A DNA stretch of 62,392 nt, counting the filler, from Nitrospiraceae bacterium (lineage in GTDB: Bacteria > Nitrospirota > Nitrospiria > Nitrospirales > UBA2166): NCBI GenBank assembly GCA_002726235.1. It is 7 parts of 7 records of this genome, joined end to end, with 100 filler letters (N's around TTAATTAATTAA, not from the genome) between each part and the next. Parts side by side here need not be neighbours in the genome. Positions count along the whole stretch, not along the records: positions 1 to 19,009 come from PBSN01000002.1; positions 19,110 to 26,651 come from PBSN01000005.1; 5 more parts are not named here. One strand, written 5' to 3'. Position 1 is the stretch's first letter. Each line of letters starts with the position of its first letter. A program made the translations under genes and the position numbers. A model generated the notes under the pieces. The model saw nothing but the letters and a program-made list of their open reading frames with translations, was not told the origin of the DNA and did no database searches. Below are positions 12,027 to 22,100 of the stretch, piece by piece.

Positions 12027-13895
12027 ATGGGTTATAAACCAATCGGCGACTATGGCATTATCGGCGACCTTCATACGGTTGCTCTAGTTGGGACAGACGG
12101 GTCGATTGATTGGTGTTGCCTCCCTCACTTTGACTCCGCAAGCGTATTTGCCAGCATCCTAGACCATAAGGCAGGAGGGCATTTCAAAATCTCGCCGAAG
12201 CGTGATGGAAATCGACGTCAAATGTACCTGCCGGAAACCAATATCTTGCATACACGTTTTTTGCAAGATGAGGGTGGGGTAGGTGAACTAACCGATTTCA
12301 TGCCTGTCGAATCCGATGAACCTGGACAAAGCCCAAAACGTCATCAGATCATCCGTATGCTTTCGGTCGTCCGCGGTCGGGTAACGTTTGTGCTTGAATG
12401 CGCGCCCGCGTTTAATTACGCTCGCGACTCTCACTCAGTTGAGATAGAAGAGAATGGCGCGATCTTCCGATCTCCCAACCTGACGCTCGGACTCGTTAGC
12501 CCGGTTCCCCTTCAGGTACGAGATGGGATTGTGCATGCTGAGTTTACACTCTCCGCAGGTCGAAGTCTGACATTTTTCCTCGAGCACCTCGAACCAAACG
12601 AGAAGGGAGCATTGCTTTCTACACCTGAGTCCGCAGAAGAAGCGTTTCAGAAAACCGCAGCTTTTTGGCAGCAATGGCTCGCACAATGTCAATATTCAGG
12701 ACGCTGGAGAGAAGTTGTTCATCGATCCGCACTCACATTAAAACTTCTGACATACGCACGCACCGGCGCCATCGTCGCTGCTCCAACCATGAGCCTTCCA
12801 GAGTTTTTTGGAGGCCGTCGAAATTGGGACTACCGCTATACCTGGATTCGAGACGCGTCCTTCACCTTATACGGACTGCTTCGATTAGGCTTTTCCAATG
12901 AAGCTCGGCGTTTTATGGACTGGTTGGAATCGCGATGCCACGATCTCAACCCGGATGGATCCATACAGCTTATGTATGGCATTGATGGGCGACATGAACT
13001 CCCCGAAGAAGAACTCCTCCACCTCGACGGCTATCGAGGCTCTCGCCCGGTACGACTTGGGAATGCCGCCGCTGGACAACTTCAACTCGACATGTATGGG
13101 CCTCTGATGGATGCGATCTATCTCTACAATCAAGATAAAGATGGCTCGCCAATTTCCTATAGCCTCTGGATGAATTTGTGCAGATTGTTGGATTATGTTT
13201 CAGCAAATTGGCAACAGCCGGATGAAGGAATCTGGGAAGTACGAGGCGGACGGCACAATTTTGTATATTCACGGGTAATGTGCTGGGTGGCATTGGATAG
13301 AGGCATTCGCCTATCAGACAAACACGGATATCCCGCAGACCGCACCAAATGGATTGCGGAACGCGATCGGATCTACACGGAAGTGATGCAATGCGGGTGG
13401 AACAAAAAGGCCCAAGCCTTTGTTCAACATTATGAAGGGGCAGGCCTTGATGCCGCCAACCTCATAATGCCGCTAGTTTATTTCGTATCCCCCAATGATC
13501 CGCGCATGATTTCTACCATCAACCGTACCATGGAACAACTTGCTTCAGGCAGCCTTGTCTACCGATATCAGACATGGGATGCAGCGCCAGATGGATTACA
13601 AGGGGAAGAAGGCACGTTTAGCATGTGTACGTTTTGGCTCGTTGAAGCCTTAACAAAGGCAGGACGCCTCCATGAGGCACGACTCATTTTCGAAAAGATG
13701 TTGAGTTATTCAAACCACCTCAGATTGTTTGCAGAAGAAGTCTCTCATACCGGAGAGCAGTTGGGGAATTTCCCGCAAGCCTTAACCCACATGGCACTAA
13801 TCAGTGCAGCCTATAACCTCGACAAAGCCCTCAACAAGAAACAATGGAACGAGGCCCACACACGCTGGGCGAGCGCTAATCCCTATACCCGCTAG
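12027..13895 (+). CDS. Glycoside hydrolase family 15 (trehalase/glucoamylase-like)
   Basis: WDYRYTWIRD, GIWEVRG, EGTFSMCTFW, LGNFPQALTH. Confidence 0.95.
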   Translation: MGYKPIGDYGIIGDLHTVALVGTDGSIDWCCLPHFDSASVFASILDHKAGGHFKISPKRDGNRRQMYLPETNILHTRFLQDEGGVGELTDFMPVESDEPGQSPKRHQIIRMLSVVRGRVTFVLECAPAFNYARDSHSVEIEENGAIFRSPNLTLGLVSPVPLQVRDGIVHAEFTLSAGRSLTFFLEHLEPNEKGALLSTPESAEEAFQKTAAFWQQWLAQCQYSGRWREVVHRSALTLKLLTYARTGAIVAAPTMSLPEFFGGRRNWDYRYTWIRDASFTLYGLLRLGFSNEARRFMDWLESRCHDLNPDGSIQLMYGIDGRHELPEEELLHLDGYRGSRPVRLGNAAAGQLQLDMYGPLMDAIYLYNQDKDGSPISYSLWMNLCRLLDYVSANWQQPDEGIWEVRGGRHNFVYSRVMCWVALDRGIRLSDKHGYPADRTKWIAERDRIYTEVMQCGWNKKAQAFVQHYEGAGLDAANLIMPLVYFVSPNDPRMISTINRTMEQLASGSLVYRYQTWDAAPDGLQGEEGTFSMCTFWLVEALTKAGRLHEARLIFEKMLSYSNHLRLFAEEVSHTGEQLGNFPQALTHMALISAAYNLDKALNKKQWNEAHTRWASANPYTR

Positions 13896-14028
13896 CATAA
13901 TTCATCCAGGCTTAGCCAGCTACTAAAATGTTTTCCATTCTGTGGGCCATCATCTACTCGTCTACTCGTCACATCTAACCCTGTGCACGATTTTCGTAAC
14001 TCTTGTCGCTTGGCTATAATAGCAAGCT

Positions 14029-14745
14029 ATGATTCCACTCCACGATGACAACCCCACAACAATCAAGCCGATTGTCACCGTTTCCCTCATCATCGCATGC
14101 ATATCGGTCTTCCTCTATCAGCTATCGCTTCCAGGCTCAGAAGAACGAATATTCGTGTATCAATTTGGGGCAATTCCGGCCGTCATCTTCGGCGAGGATG
14201 CGATTTCATCCAAACACGTCATCATCCCAGCACCACTAAGCCTGATCAGTAGCATGTTTCTCCATGGCGGGTGGATGCATCTCATCGGAAATATGCTCTA
14301 TCTGTGGATTTTCGCGAACAACATCGAGGATGTAATGGGACATCGCCGCTTCATTGCGTTCTACACATTGTGTGGTGTCATTGCAGCACTCAGTCATATC
14401 CTCACTGCTCCTGCCTCCCCTATCCCAATGGTCGGAGCTAGCGGAGCAATCTCAGGTGTGCTAGGAGCGTATCTGCTCTTATATCCACGCGCATCAGTAC
14501 TCGTGCTCATTCCAATCTGGGTGTTTATCAAAATCATACGCGTTCCCGCAGCATTTGTACTAGGCTTGTGGTTTCTCATGCAACTCGTGAGTGGTAGCGC
14601 AAACCCGTCCGGTGAAGGCGGCGGCGTAGCATGGTTTGCTCATATCGGAGGATTCATCGCAGGTATGGTCTTGATTGGGTTTTTCAAACGCCCGCAGATT
14701 CGTTTTTTTAACCCCCCCAGGCGACATTCACGCGGATACGGCTGA
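14029..14745 (+). CDS. Rhomboid intramembrane serine protease
   Basis: MFLHGGWMHLIGNM, GASG catalytic Ser, AHIGG catalytic His. Confidence 0.95.
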   Translation: MIPLHDDNPTTIKPIVTVSLIIACISVFLYQLSLPGSEERIFVYQFGAIPAVIFGEDAISSKHVIIPAPLSLISSMFLHGGWMHLIGNMLYLWIFANNIEDVMGHRRFIAFYTLCGVIAALSHILTAPASPIPMVGASGAISGVLGAYLLLYPRASVLVLIPIWVFIKIIRVPAAFVLGLWFLMQLVSGSANPSGEGGGVAWFAHIGGFIAGMVLIGFFKRPQIRFFNPPRRHSRGYG

Positions 14746-14766
14746 TGGCAGGTCACGGTCCAGTGC

Positions 14767-14795
14767 TTGACAGCTCTTCGGCAGTATCCTACTCT
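14767..14795 (+). promoter_or_regulatory. sigma70 promoter of rplU-rpmA
   Basis: TTGACA-N17-TACTCT. Confidence 0.6.
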
Positions 14796-14834
14796 ATGTG
14801 ATTCTATTCATGAATCCTGATTTGGAGTAGCCCC

Positions 14835-15152
14835 ATGACGTATGCCATCGTTGAAGCAGGTGGAAAGCAATATCGAGTAGCTTCTGGTGATCTTCTTGAC
14901 GTCGACCGATTCGCTGGAGAAAAGGGGTCTACAGTCGAGTGGACCAATGTGCTACTCTATCGAAAAGAGGACGGTCCCGTCGTCGGGACTCCCGTCGTCC
15001 CAGATGTGAAAGTGACGGGCACAGTCGTTTACCAAGGTCGACGGCGATCCATCACTGTCTTTAAGAAGAAACGCCGCAAAAATTACATCCGGACCAAGGG
15101 ACACCGACAATACTTCACACGTGTCCGTATTGACGAGATTGTAGAAAATTAA
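14835..15152 (+). CDS. rplU: 50S ribosomal protein L21
   Basis: [11 protein letters not shown]...KGHRQ. Confidence 0.98.
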   Translation: MTYAIVEAGGKQYRVASGDLLDVDRFAGEKGSTVEWTNVLLYRKEDGPVVGTPVVPDVKVTGTVVYQGRRRSITVFKKKRRKNYIRTKGHRQYFTRVRIDEIVEN

Positions 15153-15171
15153 CGTAGCCAACGGGGACGAT

Positions 15172-15426
15172 ATGGCACATAAAAAAGGGCAAGGGGCATC
15201 ACGGAACGGAAGAGACAGCAACCCCAAATGGCTTGGCGTAAAACGCTATGCTGGAGAATCTGTGCTAGCCGGTAACATTCTTCTCCGACAGCGGGGAACT
15301 AGGATTTATCCTGGTGCCAATGTTGGCATGGGTCGTGATCACACCTTATTTGCGAAGCTTCCCGGCATCGTAAAATTTGAGTCCCACTCCGGTCGGCGTG
15401 CGGTCAGTGTTTATCCTGCCACTTAG
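15172..15426 (+). CDS. rpmA: 50S ribosomal protein L27
   Basis: [21 protein letters not shown]. Confidence 0.99.
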   Translation: MAHKKGQGASRNGRDSNPKWLGVKRYAGESVLAGNILLRQRGTRIYPGANVGMGRDHTLFAKLPGIVKFESHSGRRAVSVYPAT

Positions 15427-15522
15427 TTTCGTTTTATAAGTTATAAGGCCCTTCGTTCCGCCTCCCAGACTTGTCCGGTCGTGTTCCCTGAAGCATTACT
15501 TTGGGTAGCCACACCATCAGCC

Positions 15523-16554
15523 ATGTTCATTGACCAAGCAAAAATTTTTGCCAAAGCCGGGGAGGGAGGGAACGGCTGTTCCTCTTTCAGACGGGAAAAA
15601 TATGTCCCATTTGGTGGACCTGATGGGGGAGACGGAGGCAAAGGGGCAAGCATCATTGTTGAAGCGAGTCACCATTTAACCACCCTGATCGATTTTCGCT
15701 ACCGACAGCACTATACCGCCAAACGCGGTGGACACGGCGAAGGGAACAACAGACACGGCAAGAATGCTTCAGATGTCATCGTTCGAGTCCCGATTGGAAC
15801 GATCATCCGAGACATCGAAGAAGACGTTCAACTCGCGGACCTAACCGAAGAAGGCGCAACCGCAGTCGTTGCCCACGGCGGAAAAGGTGGAAGAGGCAAC
15901 GGCAAACTCGCCACCTCAACTAATCAATCGCCGACCCGCGCCACTCCGGGAACACCCGGTGAAGCCCGCTGGTTACACCTAGAGCTAAAACTTCTCGCTG
16001 ACATTGGATTAGTCGGATTTCCAAATGCCGGAAAATCATCATTGATCGCGGCGCTATCTGCCGCAAAACCCAAAATCGCCGATTATCCATTCACCACCCT
16101 CGCCCCACAACTCGGGATGGTATCATGGGGTGACGAACAACACTTCGTCCTTGCTGATATTCCAGGAATTATCAAAGGTGCACATGCGGGAAAAGGACTT
16201 GGAATCCAATTCCTCCGCCATATCGAACGGACAAACTTTCTCCTCCTTCTTATTGACATCGGAGAATTTGAGCCAGATGATGCTGTCGAAATGTTCAACG
16301 CCCTCAGAAACGAGCTGCGATTCTATGCGGAAGGCCATTTTCAGCTCGACCGCAAACCATTCGCAGTTGTCGGAACAAAGCTTGACCTACGAGGAGATGA
16401 TTCTCGGCTCAATCAGCTTCAATCGTTTTGTGTCAATCAACGCATCCCATTCTTCACCGTTTCGTCCGCAACCATGGAAGGATTAACCCCACTCATTCAA
16501 TATGTGGGCACCCAGCTCACAACGCTTCGAGAACAATGCGTCACGCAATCTTAA
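15523..16554 (+). CDS. obgE: GTPase ObgE/CgtA
   Basis: MFIDQAKI start, Gly-rich Obg fold, GFPNAGKSS, YPFTT, DIPG. Confidence 0.97.
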   Translation: MFIDQAKIFAKAGEGGNGCSSFRREKYVPFGGPDGGDGGKGASIIVEASHHLTTLIDFRYRQHYTAKRGGHGEGNNRHGKNASDVIVRVPIGTIIRDIEEDVQLADLTEEGATAVVAHGGKGGRGNGKLATSTNQSPTRATPGTPGEARWLHLELKLLADIGLVGFPNAGKSSLIAALSAAKPKIADYPFTTLAPQLGMVSWGDEQHFVLADIPGIIKGAHAGKGLGIQFLRHIERTNFLLLLIDIGEFEPDDAVEMFNALRNELRFYAEGHFQLDRKPFAVVGTKLDLRGDDSRLNQLQSFCVNQRIPFFTVSSATMEGLTPLIQYVGTQLTTLREQCVTQS

Positions 16555-17657
16555 ATGGCTGCAAGCGAATTGTGGTCAAGGTTGGGAGCCATGTGCTGGC
16601 TGTCCAAAAAACCGGGCTCAACGCCCAAGCACTCAAACGAATTGCAAAGAACGTCCTTGAGGCGAAGGAATTGGGATACGAAGTCGTCATGGTCTCCTCT
16701 GGAGCCATCGTATCCGGCATCCAGAAACTCGGCCTCGCACCACGATTAACCAGCCTGCCACTCAAACAGGCCGCCGCCGCAGTTGGTCAAGGAAACCTCA
16801 TCCGTGCGTATGACCATGCCTTCGGAGCCGCAGGACAACAGGTGGCCCAAATTCTCCTGACCAACGATGCCATGACGGATCGCAAGCGATTTCTAAATGC
16901 ACGCCACACCATTACTGCCTTGCTCAAACTAGGGGTAATCCCGATTGTGAACGAAAACGACACTGTCTCGGTCGATGAGATCAAATTCGGCGACAATGAT
17001 ACTCTAGCCGGAATGGTGGCGAATCTCATCGATGCCCAACTGCTCATCATTCTCTCGGATGTGGACGGGCTTTTTTCAGACGACCCTCGTCGTAATCCCA
17101 AGGCATTACTCATTCCAACTGTGCATAAAGTGACCGCTGAAATCGAAAAACTCGCGACAGGTGCAGCAAGTGTCGAAGGCACCGGTGGCATGGCCTCAAA
17201 AGTCGAAGCGGCAAAACGAATGTCAGTGTCCGGAATTCCAACCGTAATTATCAACGGAAAACATGCGGGATCAATGTCCGATGTATTGGCCGGCAAAGAG
17301 ATAGGAACCGTGTTTCTTCCGCAAAGAATCCATCGTGCAAACCGCAAACATTGGATCGCCTTTATCCGTCGAACAAAAGGGCAGCTTACTCTCGATGATG
17401 GCGCGACAAAAGCGGTGCTTCAAGGTGGTAAAAGCCTCCTTCCTGCAGGTGTGGCCGCTATCAACGGTGATTTTTCCCATGGAGATGCCGTCGGTTGCGT
17501 GGATAAGGAAGGGCACGAAATCGCCAGAGGCCTTGTGAATTATTCTTCAAGCGCTCTTGCGCAGGTTAAGGGTTTGAAAACTGGCGAAATAAAGCAGGTA
17601 TTAGGTTATAAAGATTACGATGAGGTGATTCATCGCGACAATATGGTGATTATGTAA
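16536..17657 (+). CDS. proB: Glutamate 5-kinase with PUA domain
   Basis: VVKVGS, VSSGA, NEND, FGDND, GTGGM; ATG at 16536 overlaps the obgE end. Confidence 0.97.
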   Translation: MRHAILNGCKRIVVKVGSHVLAVQKTGLNAQALKRIAKNVLEAKELGYEVVMVSSGAIVSGIQKLGLAPRLTSLPLKQAAAAVGQGNLIRAYDHAFGAAGQQVAQILLTNDAMTDRKRFLNARHTITALLKLGVIPIVNENDTVSVDEIKFGDNDTLAGMVANLIDAQLLIILSDVDGLFSDDPRRNPKALLIPTVHKVTAEIEKLATGAASVEGTGGMASKVEAAKRMSVSGIPTVIINGKHAGSMSDVLAGKEIGTVFLPQRIHRANRKHWIAFIRRTKGQLTLDDGATKAVLQGGKSLLPAGVAAINGDFSHGDAVGCVDKEGHEIARGLVNYSSSALAQVKGLKTGEIKQVLGYKDYDEVIHRDNMVIM

Positions 17658-17822
17658 TTGAGGCTGTTCCAATGGACAGTCAACCTTACAAAGCAAGGAA
17701 CTCGACCAAGCGTACTATTTATCGTATAGAGCAGATGGCGACACTAGGGAATCAGACTTGGCAAAGACACTCTGGTAATAGCTTTTGCGAAAGAGATGAA
17801 CGCAAAATATAGCGAGGAACAT

Positions 17823-19009
17823 ATGGAAATTCGACAGTGGGTAATTGAACGAACGCGTCAAGCAAAACACGCTTCCCGTCCTCTCTCTCTTCTTTCAACA
17901 GAAGTAAAAAATAAGGCATTGGAAGCCATGGCTAACGCAATCAAGGCTAACGAGGCCACAATTGTTGAGGCCAATCGCAAGGATCTCGACGCTGCCACAC
18001 AGCTAAGCAGGGCCATGGTGGACCGACTCACCCTCACACCAAAACGCATTGCCGACATGCAAACAGGCTTGCACGATGTTGCGGCACTTCCCGATCCAAT
18101 CGGAAGCAATGGCGGCATGTGGAAACGTCCTAACGGATTGAAAATTGGACGAGTTCGTGTGCCAATTGGAGTAATTGGAATCATTTATGAATCCAGACCG
18201 AACGTCACTGCCGATACCGTTGGACTGTGTCTGAAATCTGGAAACGCCGTCGTTCTGCGAGGCGGCTCGGAGGCAATTCACTCCAACACCGCCATCGCAA
18301 ACATACTCACCAAAGCTGCTCAAGATGTTGGAATTCCCGAAGGAGCAATTATCTTTCTCGAAAATCCCGATCGCCAAGCGGTGACCGAAATGCTGTCACT
18401 CACAGAATATATTGACTTGATTATCCCACGCGGCGGAGAAGGATTGATGCAAGCGGTAACCTCGCAGTCAAAAATCCCTGTGATCAAGCATGACAAGGGG
18501 GTCTGTCACATCTATGTCGATCGCGATGCCGATATACAGATGGCACAAGAGGTGTGTTTCAACGCCAAAGTCCAACGTCCGGGCACCTGCAACGCAATGG
18601 AAGCTCTCCTCGTTCATGAACACGTCGCACCAACATTTCTTCCCTCCATTGGGAAGAAGCTACACGAGGCTGGGATAAAAATCAGGGGCTGCCCTAAGAC
18701 AGTCTCCTTGATTCCAAACGCCACACGAGCAATCGACAACGACTGGGGCCGAGAATTTCTTGACCTTATTCTCGCTGTGAAAATCGTCGCCGATATGGAC
18801 GCTGCGATGGAACATATCGTGAACTACGGATCATCACATACGGAATCCATCATCACAAAGAACAAGGCAACAGCACAACGCTTCTTAAAAGAAGTCGATG
18901 CCAGCGCTGTCATGGTGAACGCATCAACGCGATTCAACGACGGATTTCAGTTTGGATTAGGCGCAGAAATGGGTATCAGCACGACACGCATTCACGCACG
19001 CGGGCCCAT
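17823..19009 (+). CDS. proA: Gamma-glutamyl phosphate reductase, 3'-truncated by contig end
   Basis: YESRPNVT, GTCNAME, NASTRFNDG, GISTTRIHARGP. Confidence 0.97.
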
Positions 19010-19109
19010 NNNNNNNNNNNNNNNNNNNNNNNNNNNNNNNNNNNNNNNNNNNNTTAATTAATTAANNNNNNNNNNNNNNNNNNNNNNNNNNNNNNNNNNN
19101 NNNNNNNNN
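19010..19109. other. Artificial contig linker (also 26652-26751, 28839-28938, 37297-37396, 44707-44806, 53861-53960)
   Basis: Six identical 100-bp N-TTAATTAATTAA-N spacers with stops in all frames; composition and gene content change abruptly across each. Confidence 0.99.
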
Positions 19110-22100
19110 TTAGAATTTTTGCCAAGGAGGCGGACAGCGACATGAGGAGTGAGATTGAAAACCGGTGGAAACTCAATGAAGGGCGACTAACCAATTTGCG
19201 ATTTTACACTGGAGAACAGCTAGCAAGATCATGGGCCAGGGGCGGACCCGAGAAAGACGAATACTTAACGGGAGTTCTGAAATGGTTGACCCCCATCCTT
19301 GGAGGGGGAGAGGATCCGATTCTAGGAAAGCGAGCAGATCCAAATCTGACACCCAACGAAATAAACGCCGTAGACGAAGAAAGACTGGCGAGGTATAAAG
19401 CGTTGAAAGAGGCGTTTGAAGGGACCGTGAGGATGGAGAGAACACATCTCGATATCGCCGACGAGATCCAGGCAAACCGCAAGACCAAGCGACTCAGGCG
19501 TCGGATGAGACCAGCGGTAATATCAGAGATCAACCAGGTTGTTGACGACCTTGCAAGGGCAGCTGTCCAACATAACATTGGCAAGCAAACAAGAGCAGTC
19601 GGAATCGACAAACTAGCGAAGGCGATCAGGGTCGCCATAAACAGGAGGTGCCTAACCTGCGCGGGTTTCCATGCAGGTGAGTGCCCCAATCTGCAAAGAC
19701 CACAGAATCAGGCGAAAGACCTGATGACAACAGGGATAACTTGCCCGATATGCCAGGGATCAGGCCACACCAGGAGAGACCACTTTAAATCAGCGGATCG
19801 ACAGGGGGAGGAAAGGGAAGGCGAGGAAGAAGAAGGGGAAGAGCAGGAAATCGGGGAGGGTGACGAAAGGGAAGACGAGGAGGAAGAACCGACTCAGGTA
19901 TGCCTGGTGGAGGCTCTCCGACTGCCCGATGACTATGCCAGGGGAGTTTCGAACGACACTCATTGTGTCACGAACATAGATCAGGCCGAGGCGGCAGTAA
20001 CAACCAAGAAGGTCCCAGGATCAGCGCAGAGTACTAAAACCCGGATTGACAAGTCCCCCGAGGGGATAAAAGCAACAAGTAACCCAACCCAAAAGCCTCC
20101 AATGGAGGTAAGCAGTGGATTCAAGCCTCCTACAGAGGTAAAACCGACCGACGACAAATTAAAGCCTCTTATAGAGGTAAACTCCAACAAGACGGGGGCC
20201 ATCCCGGTTCACCAAGTTACAATTGGGGACGGGAGCTGTAATAGAATTTTCGCAACTCTAGGACCTAAAAACTCCAGACCACTGAGTATCGGCATCGACT
20301 CTTGCGCGGGAATCAACTGCCTCAGCGAGGCTTACGCGAGGGAAAGAGGTTTAAGGATCGTTACGGGAAGAAGGAGAGCAATACTTGGTGTTGGAGCGAG
20401 AGTCAGAGAGTACTCCAACTACGCCACCGCAACAATCAAAGTGGGCGGCAGGGAGTCAGAACCAATAACCTTCTTACTTCTCGATACTCCCGGAGTATGC
20501 CTAATCTCGTTCTCCATCTCTATCGATGTGCTAGGTTCAACACCAGGAACCGACCCAGATACAGGTCTGCCTGGGAGGAAAACGGTGATCCTCAAACGCA
20601 TGGGCGGGCTCGAAGTCCCGATTCAGCAAAAGCATGAAAAACCGGTACAACACATTCAACTGGTAGAGGAGGAAAAGGGGAAGAGATTCCTTGTCGCAAA
20701 TGAGGACATAGAGTTTCCGGCAGGGGAAGTAGCAACGGTGAGAACGAGAATTACGGGGACAGACGGTAAGAGAGACGGTTGGGTAGCGAACATTGTCGAT
20801 ACCGCGTTCGCAGCAGTAGAGGGGCCTTACATACACCCTAGGTCAAGTGGGTTCCAATGCATGGTGATCGCGAGACCAACTGAGAAATGCGTGAGCATCT
20901 CCGAAGGGGATATCATCGCTGAAGTTCGCGACGTTGAAAGTCGTGATCTTGATGCCTTGGACGTTTGCATGGTATCTGACGACTACCGAACGAACCTAAA
21001 CAGCAAGGGGCATTTTGACCATTTTGTCAACGCTCATGCGACCGCCAAAGCACTAAAGGGAATGGAGACCCAAACCGAAGTTTCCGGTGTACTCGAAATT
21101 TTTTCGAAAACGTTCAGGAATATCGAGAAGAGGGAGTTCAGCGAAGGCGAAACAGAAATAAGCGGAGTATCTTACAAGAAAAAGGCGTTTAGGGCCCAGC
21201 AGAGTCTGGAAACACTTCGCCAAGCAATTGCCAAAGATCGGGAAATCAACGCAAAAATCTTCACTCGTACCGACGAGTCAGCTTATATTGATCAGAACGG
21301 AGCCGAGCATAAGGCAGCAGTGAGGGAGTTCTTCGAGAAGGGGTTTAAGAAAGCCCCAGCCCACCCGGAACTCACCAGCGAGGTGTTGGGACAAGCAGTT
21401 CAGATGGCCGTCAAACACAGCGCGAGGTGGTGGACGGAAGGGTGTAGACCTCCAACAATCAAAGGATTAGATATCGAATACCAGGTCGAGGAGCATTCTG
21501 AAGAGCTGCGTCAGCAGCCCTTCAGCGAGTCGGAGTACGACAAGCTGAGGACAGCTTATTACTTCGAGAAGGAGTCCGCTCTCCAGAAATGGAAAAAGAT
21601 CAAAACGCTCGATGAGAGAGCCAGTTTAATTGGCATCTCACCGGCCTTTTGCATCGACCAAGATGGGAAAGGCCCACTGGGGAGAGTTGTAGTCGATTAT
21701 CGTATTGTTAACAAATATACAAGATCCATTCCATATCCGTCACCTAACGCTGCCGCCGGGTTGTTTTTTGCTCAACAGCAAAAGTTTCTAACGACAGGGG
21801 ATTTGTGTTGGGGCTTCACCCAAATGTTGTTGGGGGAGAAGACTTCCCGACTTTTAGCAGCAACCACTGCCACAGGCATCTTTATGCCGCTCCGTTTACC
21901 GTTCGGTCCTAAAAACGGCCCCGCGTCTATGCAGGTGCTAACCGATCAACTGGCCCATGAAGCCCAGAGAGGGAGAGCGAAGAAGGATCGAGAACAGAGA
22001 AACCGCGAACAAAGGGATGGAGGAGACGAGACAGGGGACGGTAGTAAGAGGGAGGGACAAGATGAGGAGGACGATCCGGCCCTCAGAGCAGCCGCAGCAT

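Noticed and set aside
19054..19065. TTAATTAATTAA as a biological repeat
   Set aside because: Identical synthetic linker flanked by Ns at all six joins; ORFs running into it (ending XXXN or LIN) are truncated.
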